Both the position numbers and the translations under genes were made by a program. From Nitrospirales bacterium (GTDB lineage Bacteria > Nitrospirota > Nitrospiria > Nitrospirales > UBA8639): a stretch of DNA of 64,000 nucleotides. Shown one piece after another: positions 1-9,080 of this stretch (position 1 is the stretch's first letter; the number at the start of each line of letters is the position of its first letter). The notes under the pieces are model-generated. The model saw nothing but the letters and a program-made list of their open reading frames with translations, was not told the origin of the DNA and ran no database searches. The stretch lies in assembly GCA_965223295.1 (NCBI GenBank), contig CBDCWC010000003.1:1856001-1920000 (forward strand). Direction: 5' to 3'.

Positions 1-328
1 CCAGGTGTCTAAGGTTGCAGACTTTGGTGTGTTTGTTGAATTGGAAGGGGGCGTGGAAGGGTTGATTCATGTCAGTGAGATCGGACAAGACCTGCAGGAA
101 CACCTGGAAGAAAAATTTGTGGTTGGGCAGGAAGTGGTGGCGAAAATTGTGAAGGTGGATTGTGAAGATCGAAAAATTGCGCTCAGTCTTTGGGAGCATT
201 TAAAAGACGTTGAGCAAAACGAGGTAGAGGAATTTAATAGCAGCCAAGGAACTGTCGATCAAAGTTTGGGTCGCGTGGCTCAAACGTCCGAAGACGAGGG
301 GGAAACCCCAGAGTCTCACGGATCGTGA
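1..328 (+). CDS. rpsA: 30S ribosomal protein S1, 3' part (truncated by window edge)
   Basis: S1 repeat motif FGVFVELEGGVEGLIHVSE...KIALS; upstream of sppA-ihfB. Confidence 0.9.
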   Translation, partial: QVSKVADFGVFVELEGGVEGLIHVSEIGQDLQEHLEEKFVVGQEVVAKIVKVDCEDRKIALSLWEHLKDVEQNEVEEFNSSQGTVDQSLGRVAQTSEDEGETPESHGS

Positions 329-359
329 TAAACGTTGTTGCCGAGTGGAGTGAGTTCTA

Positions 360-1238
360 ATGAGTGAAGGCTATCCTCGTTGGAAGCGTGTGTTCTGGAT
401 GCTTCTTGCAGGCGTGACCCTGTTTTTGATTGGGAAGGCTCTACTGCCGGAGTTACTACTAGCAGGGAAAGAAGGGGTCGCGATCGTTCGAGTTGAGGGT
501 CCTATCCTTGATTCCCAGCAAACGATTACAGAGCTTCAAGCTTTTGCCGATGATCCATTGGTCAAGGCCATTGTTGTGAGAATAGACAGCCCGGGTGGAG
601 GCGTTGCACCTTCTCAAGAAATCTATAATGCGGTTAAGCGAGTCAGAAAAGAGCAAAATAAAACGGTGGTGGCCTCGATGGGGACAGTTGCGGCCTCGGG
701 GGGCTATTACATTGCGGTGGGCACGGATAGGATTTTGGCCAATCCTGGGACGCTCACCGGAAGCATTGGTGTGATCATGCAGATGGCGAACTTTCAAGAA
801 TTGTTAGACAAAGTTGGCGTGAAAAGTGTCGTGGTTAAGACGGGGAAGTTTAAAGATCTAGGGTCGCCTTTTCGACCAATGAGTGAAGAAGATCAGGAAA
901 TCTTGGAAGGGGTGATGAATGATACGTTGAGCCAATTCATTGAAGCGGTTGCAGATGGACGTTCGTTGGATCCCGCAGAGGTGGAACTCTTAGCCGACGG
1001 TCGTGTATTTACAGGACGACAAGCCAAATCAGTGTTGCTGGTGGATGAAATTGGTGATTTACACGATGCCATTCATTTAGCTGGTGAATTGAGTGGTATT
1101 GAAGGCACACCCCGGGTGATGGAAACCACCAAACCGTTTTCATTCCAAGAGTTTCTTGAGAGTACGTTTCTAGGAAATGTCCGAGGGTTAACCCCCTCTA
1201 GGTTTTCCGCCCCTTTGCTCTATCTATGGGTGGCATAG
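360..1238 (+). CDS. sppA: Signal peptide peptidase SppA (S49, short form)
   Basis: N-terminal TM; RIDSPGG, AASGGYY, TGSIGV motifs. Confidence 0.93.
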   Translation: MSEGYPRWKRVFWMLLAGVTLFLIGKALLPELLLAGKEGVAIVRVEGPILDSQQTITELQAFADDPLVKAIVVRIDSPGGGVAPSQEIYNAVKRVRKEQNKTVVASMGTVAASGGYYIAVGTDRILANPGTLTGSIGVIMQMANFQELLDKVGVKSVVVKTGKFKDLGSPFRPMSEEDQEILEGVMNDTLSQFIEAVADGRSLDPAEVELLADGRVFTGRQAKSVLLVDEIGDLHDAIHLAGELSGIEGTPRVMETTKPFSFQEFLESTFLGNVRGLTPSRFSAPLLYLWVA

Positions 1239-1257
1239 CTAAATCAAGGAGGATTGG

Positions 1258-1554
1258 ATGACAAAAGCGGATCTCATCGAAAGATTGGCGGAAAAGGCTC
1301 CCCAATTAAGTCGACGACAAGCCGAGTTGGTAGTCAACACTATTTTTGATTCAATCCGTGACTCATTGAAGCGCGGCGAAAAGACTGAAATACGAGGATT
1401 TGGGAGTTTCCGGTTGCGTCATCGTCAAACGAAAGAGGGGCGTAATCCCAAAACAGGAGAATCGGTATCGGTTCCCGAAAAATGGATGCCATTCTTTAAA
1501 GCGGGCAAAGAGATTAAAGAATTACTCAATCCTGAAGAACAAACAGCGTTGTGA
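1258..1554 (+). CDS. ihfB: Integration host factor beta / HU family
   Basis: MTKADLI, EIRGFGSF, GRNPKTGE; rpsA-ihfB context. Confidence 0.85.
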   Translation: MTKADLIERLAEKAPQLSRRQAELVVNTIFDSIRDSLKRGEKTEIRGFGSFRLRHRQTKEGRNPKTGESVSVPEKWMPFFKAGKEIKELLNPEEQTAL

Positions 1555-1557
1555 CCT

Positions 1558-2544
1558 ATGTCGGATTCTGAGTCATCACCAACGGTCCAAGATATTTCTT
1601 GGACGGAAGATGCGCTTTTGCGATTAGAGCGTGCGCCGATTTTTTTACAAGGAATGGTTCGCCGGCTGGCGGAAAAAAAAGCTAAAGAACTCGGTTATGT
1701 GGAGATAACCGTTGATACTCTGGACAAATTTAAGAACCAAATGATGGGGCAAATGGGTGGGGAGGCAGGAATGTCTCAAGCTGTCGCTGATATGGCTTCT
1801 GGCAAGCTACCCTGGACTGCCGAAGCTAAGAAACGACTAGAAACCATTCCAGAATTCATGCGAAGTATGATTGCGAATATTGCTGAGGATGTTGCCCGAG
1901 AGCGCGGGCATATGGAAGTGAATGTTGAGTTGTTTGAAAAGGTTGAAGCCTTAGGAGATATTCAAGAGCAAGCGGCTCTTCCGTTAGAATGGACAGAAGA
2001 AGCCTTGGCTTTGCTGCACCAAAAAATTGAACATTCTCCACCGATGGCGAAGGAGTTTGTGGCAGATATGTTGAAACATGATGCCGAAGACCTTGCTCGT
2101 GAACAAGGAATCATGCACATAGATGCTGAATCTCTTCAGCGTCTTTGGGAGGCCCCGCAATCACAAGTGGCTTGGGCTGATGATGCGTGGAAACGTCTTC
2201 AAACCTCTCCGGATTTTGTCCGGAGCGGAATCCGAAAAGCCGCCGAGCGTCGGGCGCGAAAGCTGGGTCTTCAGGAAATTGATTCGGAACATTTGACGGT
2301 GTTTCGAAATGAAGCCATGATGAAAGCCGTCAAACGTATTCGAGCGTTTGGATATAAAGAGCTCACGTTTGATGCCTTTGATGATGCGCTCGGTAAGGTC
2401 AAACGGTTAAAAGGCAATGAGCAAGCTGAACACCGCTTAGAAGAAATCCGAGACTATATGAAAACCAAGCCCGATGTCGGGGTTTTGGGTGAAGAGCTTA
2501 TGGGTCGTTTCCGGTCCTATTTAAAAGGGGAGGGAAAATTATAA
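1558..2544 (+). CDS. Protein with four tandem PCP_red-like (BchB/ChlB C-terminal type) helical repeats
   Basis: Four repeats W(T/A)xxA..RL...P.F.R......E..A...G...I. Confidence 0.7.
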   Translation: MSDSESSPTVQDISWTEDALLRLERAPIFLQGMVRRLAEKKAKELGYVEITVDTLDKFKNQMMGQMGGEAGMSQAVADMASGKLPWTAEAKKRLETIPEFMRSMIANIAEDVARERGHMEVNVELFEKVEALGDIQEQAALPLEWTEEALALLHQKIEHSPPMAKEFVADMLKHDAEDLAREQGIMHIDAESLQRLWEAPQSQVAWADDAWKRLQTSPDFVRSGIRKAAERRARKLGLQEIDSEHLTVFRNEAMMKAVKRIRAFGYKELTFDAFDDALGKVKRLKGNEQAEHRLEEIRDYMKTKPDVGVLGEELMGRFRSYLKGEGKL

Positions 2545-2606
2545 ATCTGTTTCTCCTGGGCCTTGTCGCTATTTGACTTTTTCTGCTCGCTCTTTTTATG
2601 TATTTC

Positions 2607-3245
2607 CTACCTCTTGCTTGTAAGATTCGCTCCTTCTTTTGCCAGTTGATCCACGGTCTCATTTTCGGGATTTCCCGAATGAGCTTTGATTTTTACCCAA
2701 TGAATGGTAATTCCTGAGGCGTTCACGGCTTCGGCATAAAATTGGGTAAACGGCAACTTCGCTCGCCAGGCTCCAGTCGCCCAGCTTTCTAAGCCTTGAT
2801 AATCATAATGCAACGAAACTTCTTGAATACCATTTGACTGGCACCAGTCTAATGCTTTCAAAATTCCAAAAATTTCTCCTGCTACATTTCGATGAACATG
2901 GGCTTCAGGGGGAATATCATTTCCCATATCGCGGTATATCTCTTTCCCATCTTTCTTCACCAGTAAGCCCCATCCAATATGGAGCGAACCGTCATCTTGT
3001 GGGACGCATGATCCATCAACCCAAATTGCAATGTTAGAATGAGAAGATAATTGTAAAGTTGGCTCCGGGTTATCAGAAGGGTGATCTATATCAGCAAGAA
3101 AGGCATCAGCTTCCTCTCTGGTAGGGAAAGCTTTATAGACGGCTCCAGGAAATTTGAAGACTTGTTTTCGGCAAGCCTCCCAACTTGTAAAGACTCCAGT
3201 GGTGCGTCCTCGACGGACTGCGTAATACTTCATCGTTGGTGACAT
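2607..3245 (-). CDS. rnhA: Ribonuclease HI with N-terminal hybrid-binding (viroplasmin) domain
   Basis: YYAVRRGRTTGVFTSW; VDGS, NVAGE, DY, KAHSGNPENETVDQLAK. Confidence 0.9.
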   Translation of the reverse strand: MSPTMKYYAVRRGRTTGVFTSWEACRKQVFKFPGAVYKAFPTREEADAFLADIDHPSDNPEPTLQLSSHSNIAIWVDGSCVPQDDGSLHIGWGLLVKKDGKEIYRDMGNDIPPEAHVHRNVAGEIFGILKALDWCQSNGIQEVSLHYDYQGLESWATGAWRAKLPFTQFYAEAVNASGITIHWVKIKAHSGNPENETVDQLAKEGANLTSKR

Positions 3246-3281
3246 CGGAATGTCCGAAGTTAGCGAACTTCTCTGTTGAGA

Positions 3282-4487
3282 CTAGTCGCCAGGGCCACTC
3301 AATGCTTTGATTTTGGCTTCCGCAATGGCTGCGTGAGTGGCTTCATCTGGATTGTCTCCAACGAGTGCCAGAAAGGTTTCGTATTCTTGAATCGCGCGTT
3401 TAGGGTTCATCAACTCAAATGCCCTGGCCAAATTGAATCGGGCTTGTGGGTAAGCGGGTTGCAAGGCTAAAGCTTTTTCATAGGCTTGGATGCCTGCCGG
3501 GACTCTTTCCAATTTGACCAGGACGTTTCCATAGCTGTTGAGGATATTAGCCGCATAAGGCTGAATATCTAATGCGGTCTCGATAGACGCTTTTGCGTCA
3601 GACAATTGCCCCAGATCTGAGAAAGCGAGTCCGAGGCGATGATGGGCTTCGGCTCGTTGTTTTGAATCAGTCAAGCCATGGTTAATGGCCCTTTGATAGG
3701 CATCTCGTGCGATGTCAGGATGTCTGGTCCCACACGAGGCAAATAGTGCAATCTCTCCTCTCGCGAATTGTTGCAGAGCTAGAAACCTTGCGTCCGTTGA
3801 TAAAGCTGGGGCTGAAACAGAGAGATTTTTTTGATCAGGATCTGGTGTCGTTGTCAGATAAGAAAGAAATCGTGAGTGACTGCCATCCAAGAGTGATTCA
3901 TAGGGGTCGAGAACCAAGACGGCCATGATGAGACGGTCGTCCTCATCAGGCCTATGACGAAGATAATATTGATGAGTGGTCGTGGCTTCTCCTGTGCGGT
4001 ATAGCGTGGCTGAATCAGGAACCTGTCCTTCAAGAAGTTCGGATGAGGTCAGGTAAAATTCCCGGGTTGGGGGTAATTGGGAAAGAGTGTTTCTTAGGGT
4101 AGGATAATCATCCAAGTCGAGCCCATCTGGGAATACGGTGATGACTCCTACGAGTGTCTCGTCTTCATTGAAGATAACCCATTGCCCTTGTTTAATTGGA
4201 GCAATGAGTTCTTGGAAATGTTCAATGCCTTTTCCCCATGGAGATTCCTGGCTTTTGGTTTTCAACAAACTTTTTTGAGCCTCAGCTTTTGTCTGACAAA
4301 GATGGGCTTGCCCTAAGAGGTTCAGATCACTTGCTGACGGAGGCAATGAGGATGGTGGGGGAGCGGTTGTACAATGTGTTAGGAGTAAGAGCGTACATGC
4401 TCCTATGTTTTTCAGTAGCCGCAAGAACACTCGGCGGTGTTGGAAATGTTGGATTGGGACCGTACTCATGGCGAATAGGCTACCCAC
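3282..4487 (-). CDS. TPR-containing putative lipoprotein
   Basis: Lipobox-like LLLLTHC; C-terminal TPRs (AHHRLGLA, NSYGNVL, ARFNLA); start uncertain. Confidence 0.7.
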   Translation of the reverse strand: MGSLFAMSTVPIQHFQHRRVFLRLLKNIGACTLLLLTHCTTAPPPSSLPPSASDLNLLGQAHLCQTKAEAQKSLLKTKSQESPWGKGIEHFQELIAPIKQGQWVIFNEDETLVGVITVFPDGLDLDDYPTLRNTLSQLPPTREFYLTSSELLEGQVPDSATLYRTGEATTTHQYYLRHRPDEDDRLIMAVLVLDPYESLLDGSHSRFLSYLTTTPDPDQKNLSVSAPALSTDARFLALQQFARGEIALFASCGTRHPDIARDAYQRAINHGLTDSKQRAEAHHRLGLAFSDLGQLSDAKASIETALDIQPYAANILNSYGNVLVKLERVPAGIQAYEKALALQPAYPQARFNLARAFELMNPKRAIQEYETFLALVGDNPDEATHAAIAEAKIKALSGPGD

Positions 4488-4541
4488 ATGATTGTCCGTA
4501 TTTCGAAAAATGAAGGATTGAGAATAGAGGTATTTGTACTC

Positions 4542-4616
4542 TGGTGGGCGATACTGGGATCGAACCAGTGGCCTCTGCCGTGTGAAGGCAGCGCTCTCCC
4601 ACTGAGCTAATCGCCC
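4542..4616 (-). tRNA. tRNA-Val(CAC)
   Basis: Reverse complement GGGCGATTAGCTCAG...CTGCCTT-CAC-ACGGCAG...GGTTCGATCC...CCA. Confidence 0.95.
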
Positions 4617-4752
4617 AAAGCCCTCAATCTATCACATTGTTAGAAGGGGAGCAATTAATTGTAACGGGTCAAGCTTGCTTCAATCTTGACGCTCCAGGAA
4701 ACGGTGGAGTAGGCTGAAATCAAGTGTTTGCACCATATAAAGGAGGTGGAGA

Positions 4753-4956
4753 ATGGACAAGCAAGATCGAAAGCATGAGTCCAAAAAGCCAAGCGCTCCT
4801 CAAGAGACTGAAGACATCAAGGCCAATCCCAAGGTGGCTGAAACTGGGCAACGATTAAAAGAAGAAATGGATGACTTAGTTGACGAGATTGATAAAGTCC
4901 TCGAAGAAAATGCCGCTGAGTTTGTGAAAAACTACGTGCAAAAAGGCGGGGAATAG
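4753..4956 (+). CDS. ubact: Prokaryotic ubiquitin-like modifier (UBact/Pup family)
   Basis: Disordered N-terminus, then DEIDKVLEENAAEFVKNYVQKGGE; strong SD AAGGAGG. Confidence 0.88.
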   Translation: MDKQDRKHESKKPSAPQETEDIKANPKVAETGQRLKEEMDDLVDEIDKVLEENAAEFVKNYVQKGGE

Positions 4957-5052
4957 CTTCTAGGTTTTTAAAAGGTGCTCGTTGCCCGCACATCTGTCCT
5001 TCCTAATTGCTGTATTACCTGTTTATTGCATAACCCTCGTTTAGTCTTACGT

Positions 5053-5084
5053 CGTCATTCCCGACATTTTTAATCGGGAATCCA
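5053..5084. repeat. REP-like palindrome (GTCATTCCCG...CGGGAATCC type)
   Basis: CGTCATTCCCGA-CATTTTTAA-TCGGGAATCCA, 8-bp perfect stem; single copy here. Confidence 0.6.
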
Positions 5085-5288
5085 TCTTAGTGTTCCTCAT
5101 AAACATCCAAACAATTTTTGTGTAGCTGGGTTTGGCCCCAGCCTCTATTGAATCCGATGTGGTCGCTCATTGCTGTTTGGGATATGAACATGATCTCGAT
5201 ATGAGGGAATATTCAGCAATTTCTTTGGTTTTTTGCTATGATTTTTTAGTATAAGCAGGGGTAGTATTGTAGATGCTGTGGGAAGCCT

Positions 5289-7466
5289 ATGAGTGTTGTA
5301 CAACTGACAGACATTGAACAGTTGATGGAACAAGTTGTTGCGTATGATCCTGAGGCTGATACGAGCCTGATTCGTCGGGCTTATGAATACTCAGTGAAAG
5401 CGCATGAAGGACAAATGCGTCAAACTGGAGAACCCTATGTGCAGCATCCATTAGCCGTTGCAGGCATTTTGACATTTTTAAAACTTGATGTGACGGCCAT
5501 TGCTGCGGGGCTGCTTCATGACACGCTTGAAGATACGGTTGCGACCCAGGAAGACTTGGAACAGGAGTTTGGAGCGGACGTAGTGCGGCTGGTTGAAGGG
5601 GTGACAAAGATTGGTCAGATTCCCTTTAAAACGTATGAAGAGAAGCAGGCAGAAAATTTTCGAAAAATGGTGCTGTCCATGGCGGATGATATTCGCGTGG
5701 TCTTCATCAAACTGGCCGATCGCCTTCATAATATGCAGACCTTGGATGCGTTGTCGGACGAAAAACGGAAAAAAATCGCTCAAGAAACGATGGAGATTTA
5801 TGCTCCCTTAGCGAACCGGCTTGGCATGAGCTGGATCAAGCAAGAATTAGAGGATTTATGTTTTCAGTATCTCCAACCGGAATCTTGTTCTTTTTTGAAA
5901 TTGCGGTTGGCAAAAAAAGATATTGAGCGGCAAGCGTATATTCAATCGCTCATTCATGTGGCTCAGAAAGCTCTTGCTGAGCAGGGCCTGTCTGGCCAAA
6001 TCGATGGGCGTCCGAAACATCTCTATAGTATTTATCAAAAAATGGAGCGGCGTTCGGTGGCATTTGATGAAATCTATGATCTAACGGCCATTCGCATTGT
6101 GACGGACTCCAAAATGAATTGCTATGCCGTATTGGGCCTCATTCATTCAATTTGGCCTCCGGTGCCCGGTCGGTTTAAGGACTATGTAGCCACGCCACGG
6201 GCGAATCTCTATCAGTCTTTGCATACGACGGTTGTGGGCCCTCAAGGAGAATATGTGGAGTTTCAGATTCGAACGGCTGAAATGCATCGGATTAATGAAT
6301 ATGGGGTGGCGGCGCATTGGCTGTATAAGGAGCCGGGGAATGCTCGAAAGAATGATGAGAAAGTGTTTAGCTGGCTTCGTCAGTTTGTGGAATGGCACAA
6401 AGACCTTTCAGATAATCGACAGTTCATGGATTCGGTCAAATTAGACCTCTTCCACGATGTGGTCTTTGTCTTTACTCCTAAGGGCGAAGTGCGGGAAGTT
6501 CCGGTTGGCTCGACCCCATTGGATTTAGCTTATGCGATTCACACTGAAATTGGCGATCATTGTGTGGGGGCAAAAATTAACGGGAAGCTAGCTCCCCTTC
6601 GCTATCAATTACATAGTGGGGATATGGTGGAAATTCTGACATCCCCCTCGCAGGTTCCTCATCGTGGGTGGCTAAAGTTCGTTCGAACCTCAAAAGCCAA
6701 AACAAAAATCAAGCATTGGTTTAAAGTGGAAGAACAAAAGCGAGCTCTCGAGCTTGGGAGTCGTCTCTTGGAGCAAGAGTTTCGTCGGCAAGCTTTCTCT
6801 CTAGAGGAATCATTGAAGTCTGAACGTCTGTTGTCGATGGCCAAAGTGAAGGGCTGTGAAACCGTCGATGAACTCCTTCGTTTGGTTGGGTTTGGGCGGC
6901 TGGCTCCAGATCAAATTGTGGGTCATTTTAAAGAAGAGCAACAACAATCCGCTCCTTTACCTGCCTCAAGTGAGACGGCTTCACCTCAACGCAAGATCCC
7001 AGCGCTTCTTCATGATGGACCTGTAAAATTTGGAGGCGCCAAAGATGTTCTTATGCAGCTTTCAAAATGCTGTAATCCGGTTCCAGGGGAAATTATTCGT
7101 GGGTATATTACGCGAGGGCGAGGGTTATCAATTCATGCTGCCGATTGTCCAAACTTCCAATCGTTGGAATGGGACCAAAGCCGACTTGTCGAGGTGGAAT
7201 GGGATCCAGCGGTTGAAGGGCCTCATTCGGTAGACGTTTCAGTCGTTACTCTGGATCGTCCAGGAATGCTCGCCAAAGTGTCTTCCGGAATCTCCAAAAA
7301 TCAGGCGAATATCACGAAAGCCGAAATGTCAACCAGGGAGGATCAAAAAGCCGTTTTGGATTTTGCACTTGAAGTGAAGAATACGGCACATCTCGAACTG
7401 ATTCTGCAGGACATTCAACGTGTCGATGGCATTCTTTCTGCCAAACGTGTTAGAGGGTGGTCTTAA
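5289..7466 (+). CDS. rel: Bifunctional (p)ppGpp synthetase/hydrolase (long RSH)
   Basis: Intact HD (LLHDT), synthetase GRPKHLYS/RFKD/EFQIRT, TGS, Cys cluster, ACT. Confidence 0.95.
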   Translation: MSVVQLTDIEQLMEQVVAYDPEADTSLIRRAYEYSVKAHEGQMRQTGEPYVQHPLAVAGILTFLKLDVTAIAAGLLHDTLEDTVATQEDLEQEFGADVVRLVEGVTKIGQIPFKTYEEKQAENFRKMVLSMADDIRVVFIKLADRLHNMQTLDALSDEKRKKIAQETMEIYAPLANRLGMSWIKQELEDLCFQYLQPESCSFLKLRLAKKDIERQAYIQSLIHVAQKALAEQGLSGQIDGRPKHLYSIYQKMERRSVAFDEIYDLTAIRIVTDSKMNCYAVLGLIHSIWPPVPGRFKDYVATPRANLYQSLHTTVVGPQGEYVEFQIRTAEMHRINEYGVAAHWLYKEPGNARKNDEKVFSWLRQFVEWHKDLSDNRQFMDSVKLDLFHDVVFVFTPKGEVREVPVGSTPLDLAYAIHTEIGDHCVGAKINGKLAPLRYQLHSGDMVEILTSPSQVPHRGWLKFVRTSKAKTKIKHWFKVEEQKRALELGSRLLEQEFRRQAFSLEESLKSERLLSMAKVKGCETVDELLRLVGFGRLAPDQIVGHFKEEQQQSAPLPASSETASPQRKIPALLHDGPVKFGGAKDVLMQLSKCCNPVPGEIIRGYITRGRGLSIHAADCPNFQSLEWDQSRLVEVEWDPAVEGPHSVDVSVVTLDRPGMLAKVSSGISKNQANITKAEMSTREDQKAVLDFALEVKNTAHLELILQDIQRVDGILSAKRVRGWS

Positions 7467-7496
7467 TTTACTTGGGTGGGCGAAAGAATGAGAAAT

Positions 7497-8000
7497 TTAG
7501 TAGGGGAAGCTCATGGGAGGAAGGTCAATCACGAGCTGGCTACCGATTGACAAGTCAAGCTTTTCAGTCATGCCAGCGTTTAGTTCAAGGACCTGCAGCG
7601 ACTTGATAGGGGCCCCATATCGAGGGCATCCATCGTCCTTTCGAGTACAAATGGGAACATGTGGTTCCAGGTAAACAATGGTCCCAGATTCATCTAGCCA
7701 GAGCATATCGAGCGGAATCAGGGTGTTCTTCATCCAAAAGTTGTGGTCTCCCGGTTCAGGGAAGAGAAAAAGCATTCCCCGATCGGGGGCCATGGAACCC
7801 CGAAACATCAATCCTTTTGCACGTTTATCCGGAGAATCTGCGATTTCTACAAAGATCGTGGACCCATTTGGGGTGACAATCGTGCCCAAGCCATTCCCTG
7901 ATGGTGAAATTGATTGTCCATTCACTATTTGGAAGGTCAGGGGTAATGCACCAACAATGAATCCCATGATCAATCCTAGGAGAACCATTCTTGAGGTCAT
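7497..8000 (-). CDS. DUF192 family protein
   Basis: VEIAD...RAKGLMFR...GMLF...FWMKNTLIPLDM...VLELNAG. Confidence 0.88.
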   Translation of the reverse strand: MTSRMVLLGLIMGFIVGALPLTFQIVNGQSISPSGNGLGTIVTPNGSTIFVEIADSPDKRAKGLMFRGSMAPDRGMLFLFPEPGDHNFWMKNTLIPLDMLWLDESGTIVYLEPHVPICTRKDDGCPRYGAPIKSLQVLELNAGMTEKLDLSIGSQLVIDLPPMSFPY

Positions 8001-8023
8001 GTCGTGCTCAACGTAAATATCAT

Positions 8024-8210
8024 GGGCCTGTTGAAAAAAACCGCCAGCAGCGTTCTCGCCATTGTTCCGTGCTCAGGTATTGCCAGTACGCTCCGTGGGC
8101 AAACATGGCTGTGGCCTTGCTGAGACATTTTGAACAGCCCCGATGTTGTTGATGGCGAACCGCTTCCGGGCGAAATATGGCCCTTGATATCTTCATTATT
8201 CACCACTCCC
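8024..8210 (-). mobile_element. MITE family 1, copy A
   Basis: GGGCCTGTTGAAAA...TTATTCACCACTCCC; flanks ATCAT/GTCAT; homologous to copies B-F. Confidence 0.8.
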
Positions 8211-8344
8211 GTCATAGGAAAATGGAACAGGCGCATGAAGGTTCCTTTCCTGTCGCTTGAGATCCAGCAATGTGTCTTGTATGAAAGGTATTTGTCAAAT
8301 GTCCTCTTGTTCTCGCATCGCTTGGAAAAGAGTAATCTTCGGTC

Positions 8345-8373
8345 TTGACCTAAACTACTCAGAAAATTATAAT
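8345..8373 (+). promoter_or_regulatory. sigma70 promoter of tRNA-tuf operon
   Basis: TTGACC-N17-TATAAT. Confidence 0.75.
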
Positions 8374-8570
8374 ATTCTGTTTACAGGTAGAGTAGGTTTA
8401 ATTTTCCGCTCCTGTAGGTAGAGACAAACCTTTTAGTATTGGTTGTTGAATGGGATCACTGGGAGAGGATTGTTGCCTTGCCTGCCTTCTCGTCACGTAG
8501 ATCTTCATCTAGTTTCCATGATGTAACTCAAAGACGGTTTAGGTAGAAAACGGCCCTACATTGGTCAAAT

Positions 8571-8655
8571 GGGCAGGTACCCAAGTGGTCAACGGGGGCA
8601 GACTGTAAATCTGCTGCCATCGGCTTCCAAGGTTCGAACCCTTGCCTGCCCACCA
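8571..8655 (+). tRNA. tRNA-Tyr(GTA)
   Basis: GCAGACT-GTA-AATCTGC, long variable arm, GGTTCGAA, CCA. Confidence 0.95.
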
Positions 8656-8799
8656 TGCCCAGCAGATTGTGAATGCAAGGGTTATACGAAAAGTAGGGAA
8701 GTGAGTTTGAGTGCTGTAGGAATCGAGAAAAGATGACGCGTATATTCTTAGGCAAAACATTGGTACCTGGTGAATAGCAAGAATGATTATATGAACTCT

Positions 8800-8874
8800 G
8801 CGGGCGTAGCTCAGTGGTAGAGTTCCAGCCTTCCAAGCTGGCTGTCGTGGGTTCAAATCCCATCGCCCGCTCCA
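8800..8874 (+). tRNA. tRNA-Gly(TCC)
   Basis: GCGGGCGTAGCTCAG...CCAGCCT-TCC-AAGCTGG...CCA. Confidence 0.95.
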
Positions 8875-8942
8875 AATTTAACGTCATGTTTGGCTCGTAT
8901 GAGCCGTTGGCGACAGGGGTTGTGTGGATGAGTAAGTTTCAT

Positions 8943-9018
8943 GCCCATGTAGCTCAGTTGGTAGAGCACGTCCTTGGTAAGGACGAGGTCACGCGTTCGA
9001 TCCGCGTCGTGGGCTCCA
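8943..9018 (+). tRNA. tRNA-Thr(GGT)
   Basis: GCCCATGTAGCTCAG...CGTCCTT-GGT-AAGGACG...CCA. Confidence 0.95.
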
Positions 9019-9080
9019 TTTGAGTACTTCTGTAAGTGTATTGAGGTATAGATCTGTAATCCTGACTAAGGAGAGATAGG

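Noticed and set aside
7997-8348. Short ORFs over MITE copies (7997-8236, 8130-8348, 10849-11040, 45878-46102, 50133-50333, 58864-59193, 60327-60509), several sharing peptides like QQGRSH...RSVL
   Set aside because: Similarity comes from the DNA repeat; starts, stops and frames differ between copies, so not a protein family
8528-9023. ORFs overlapping the tRNA cluster
   Set aside because: They are translations of tRNA genes
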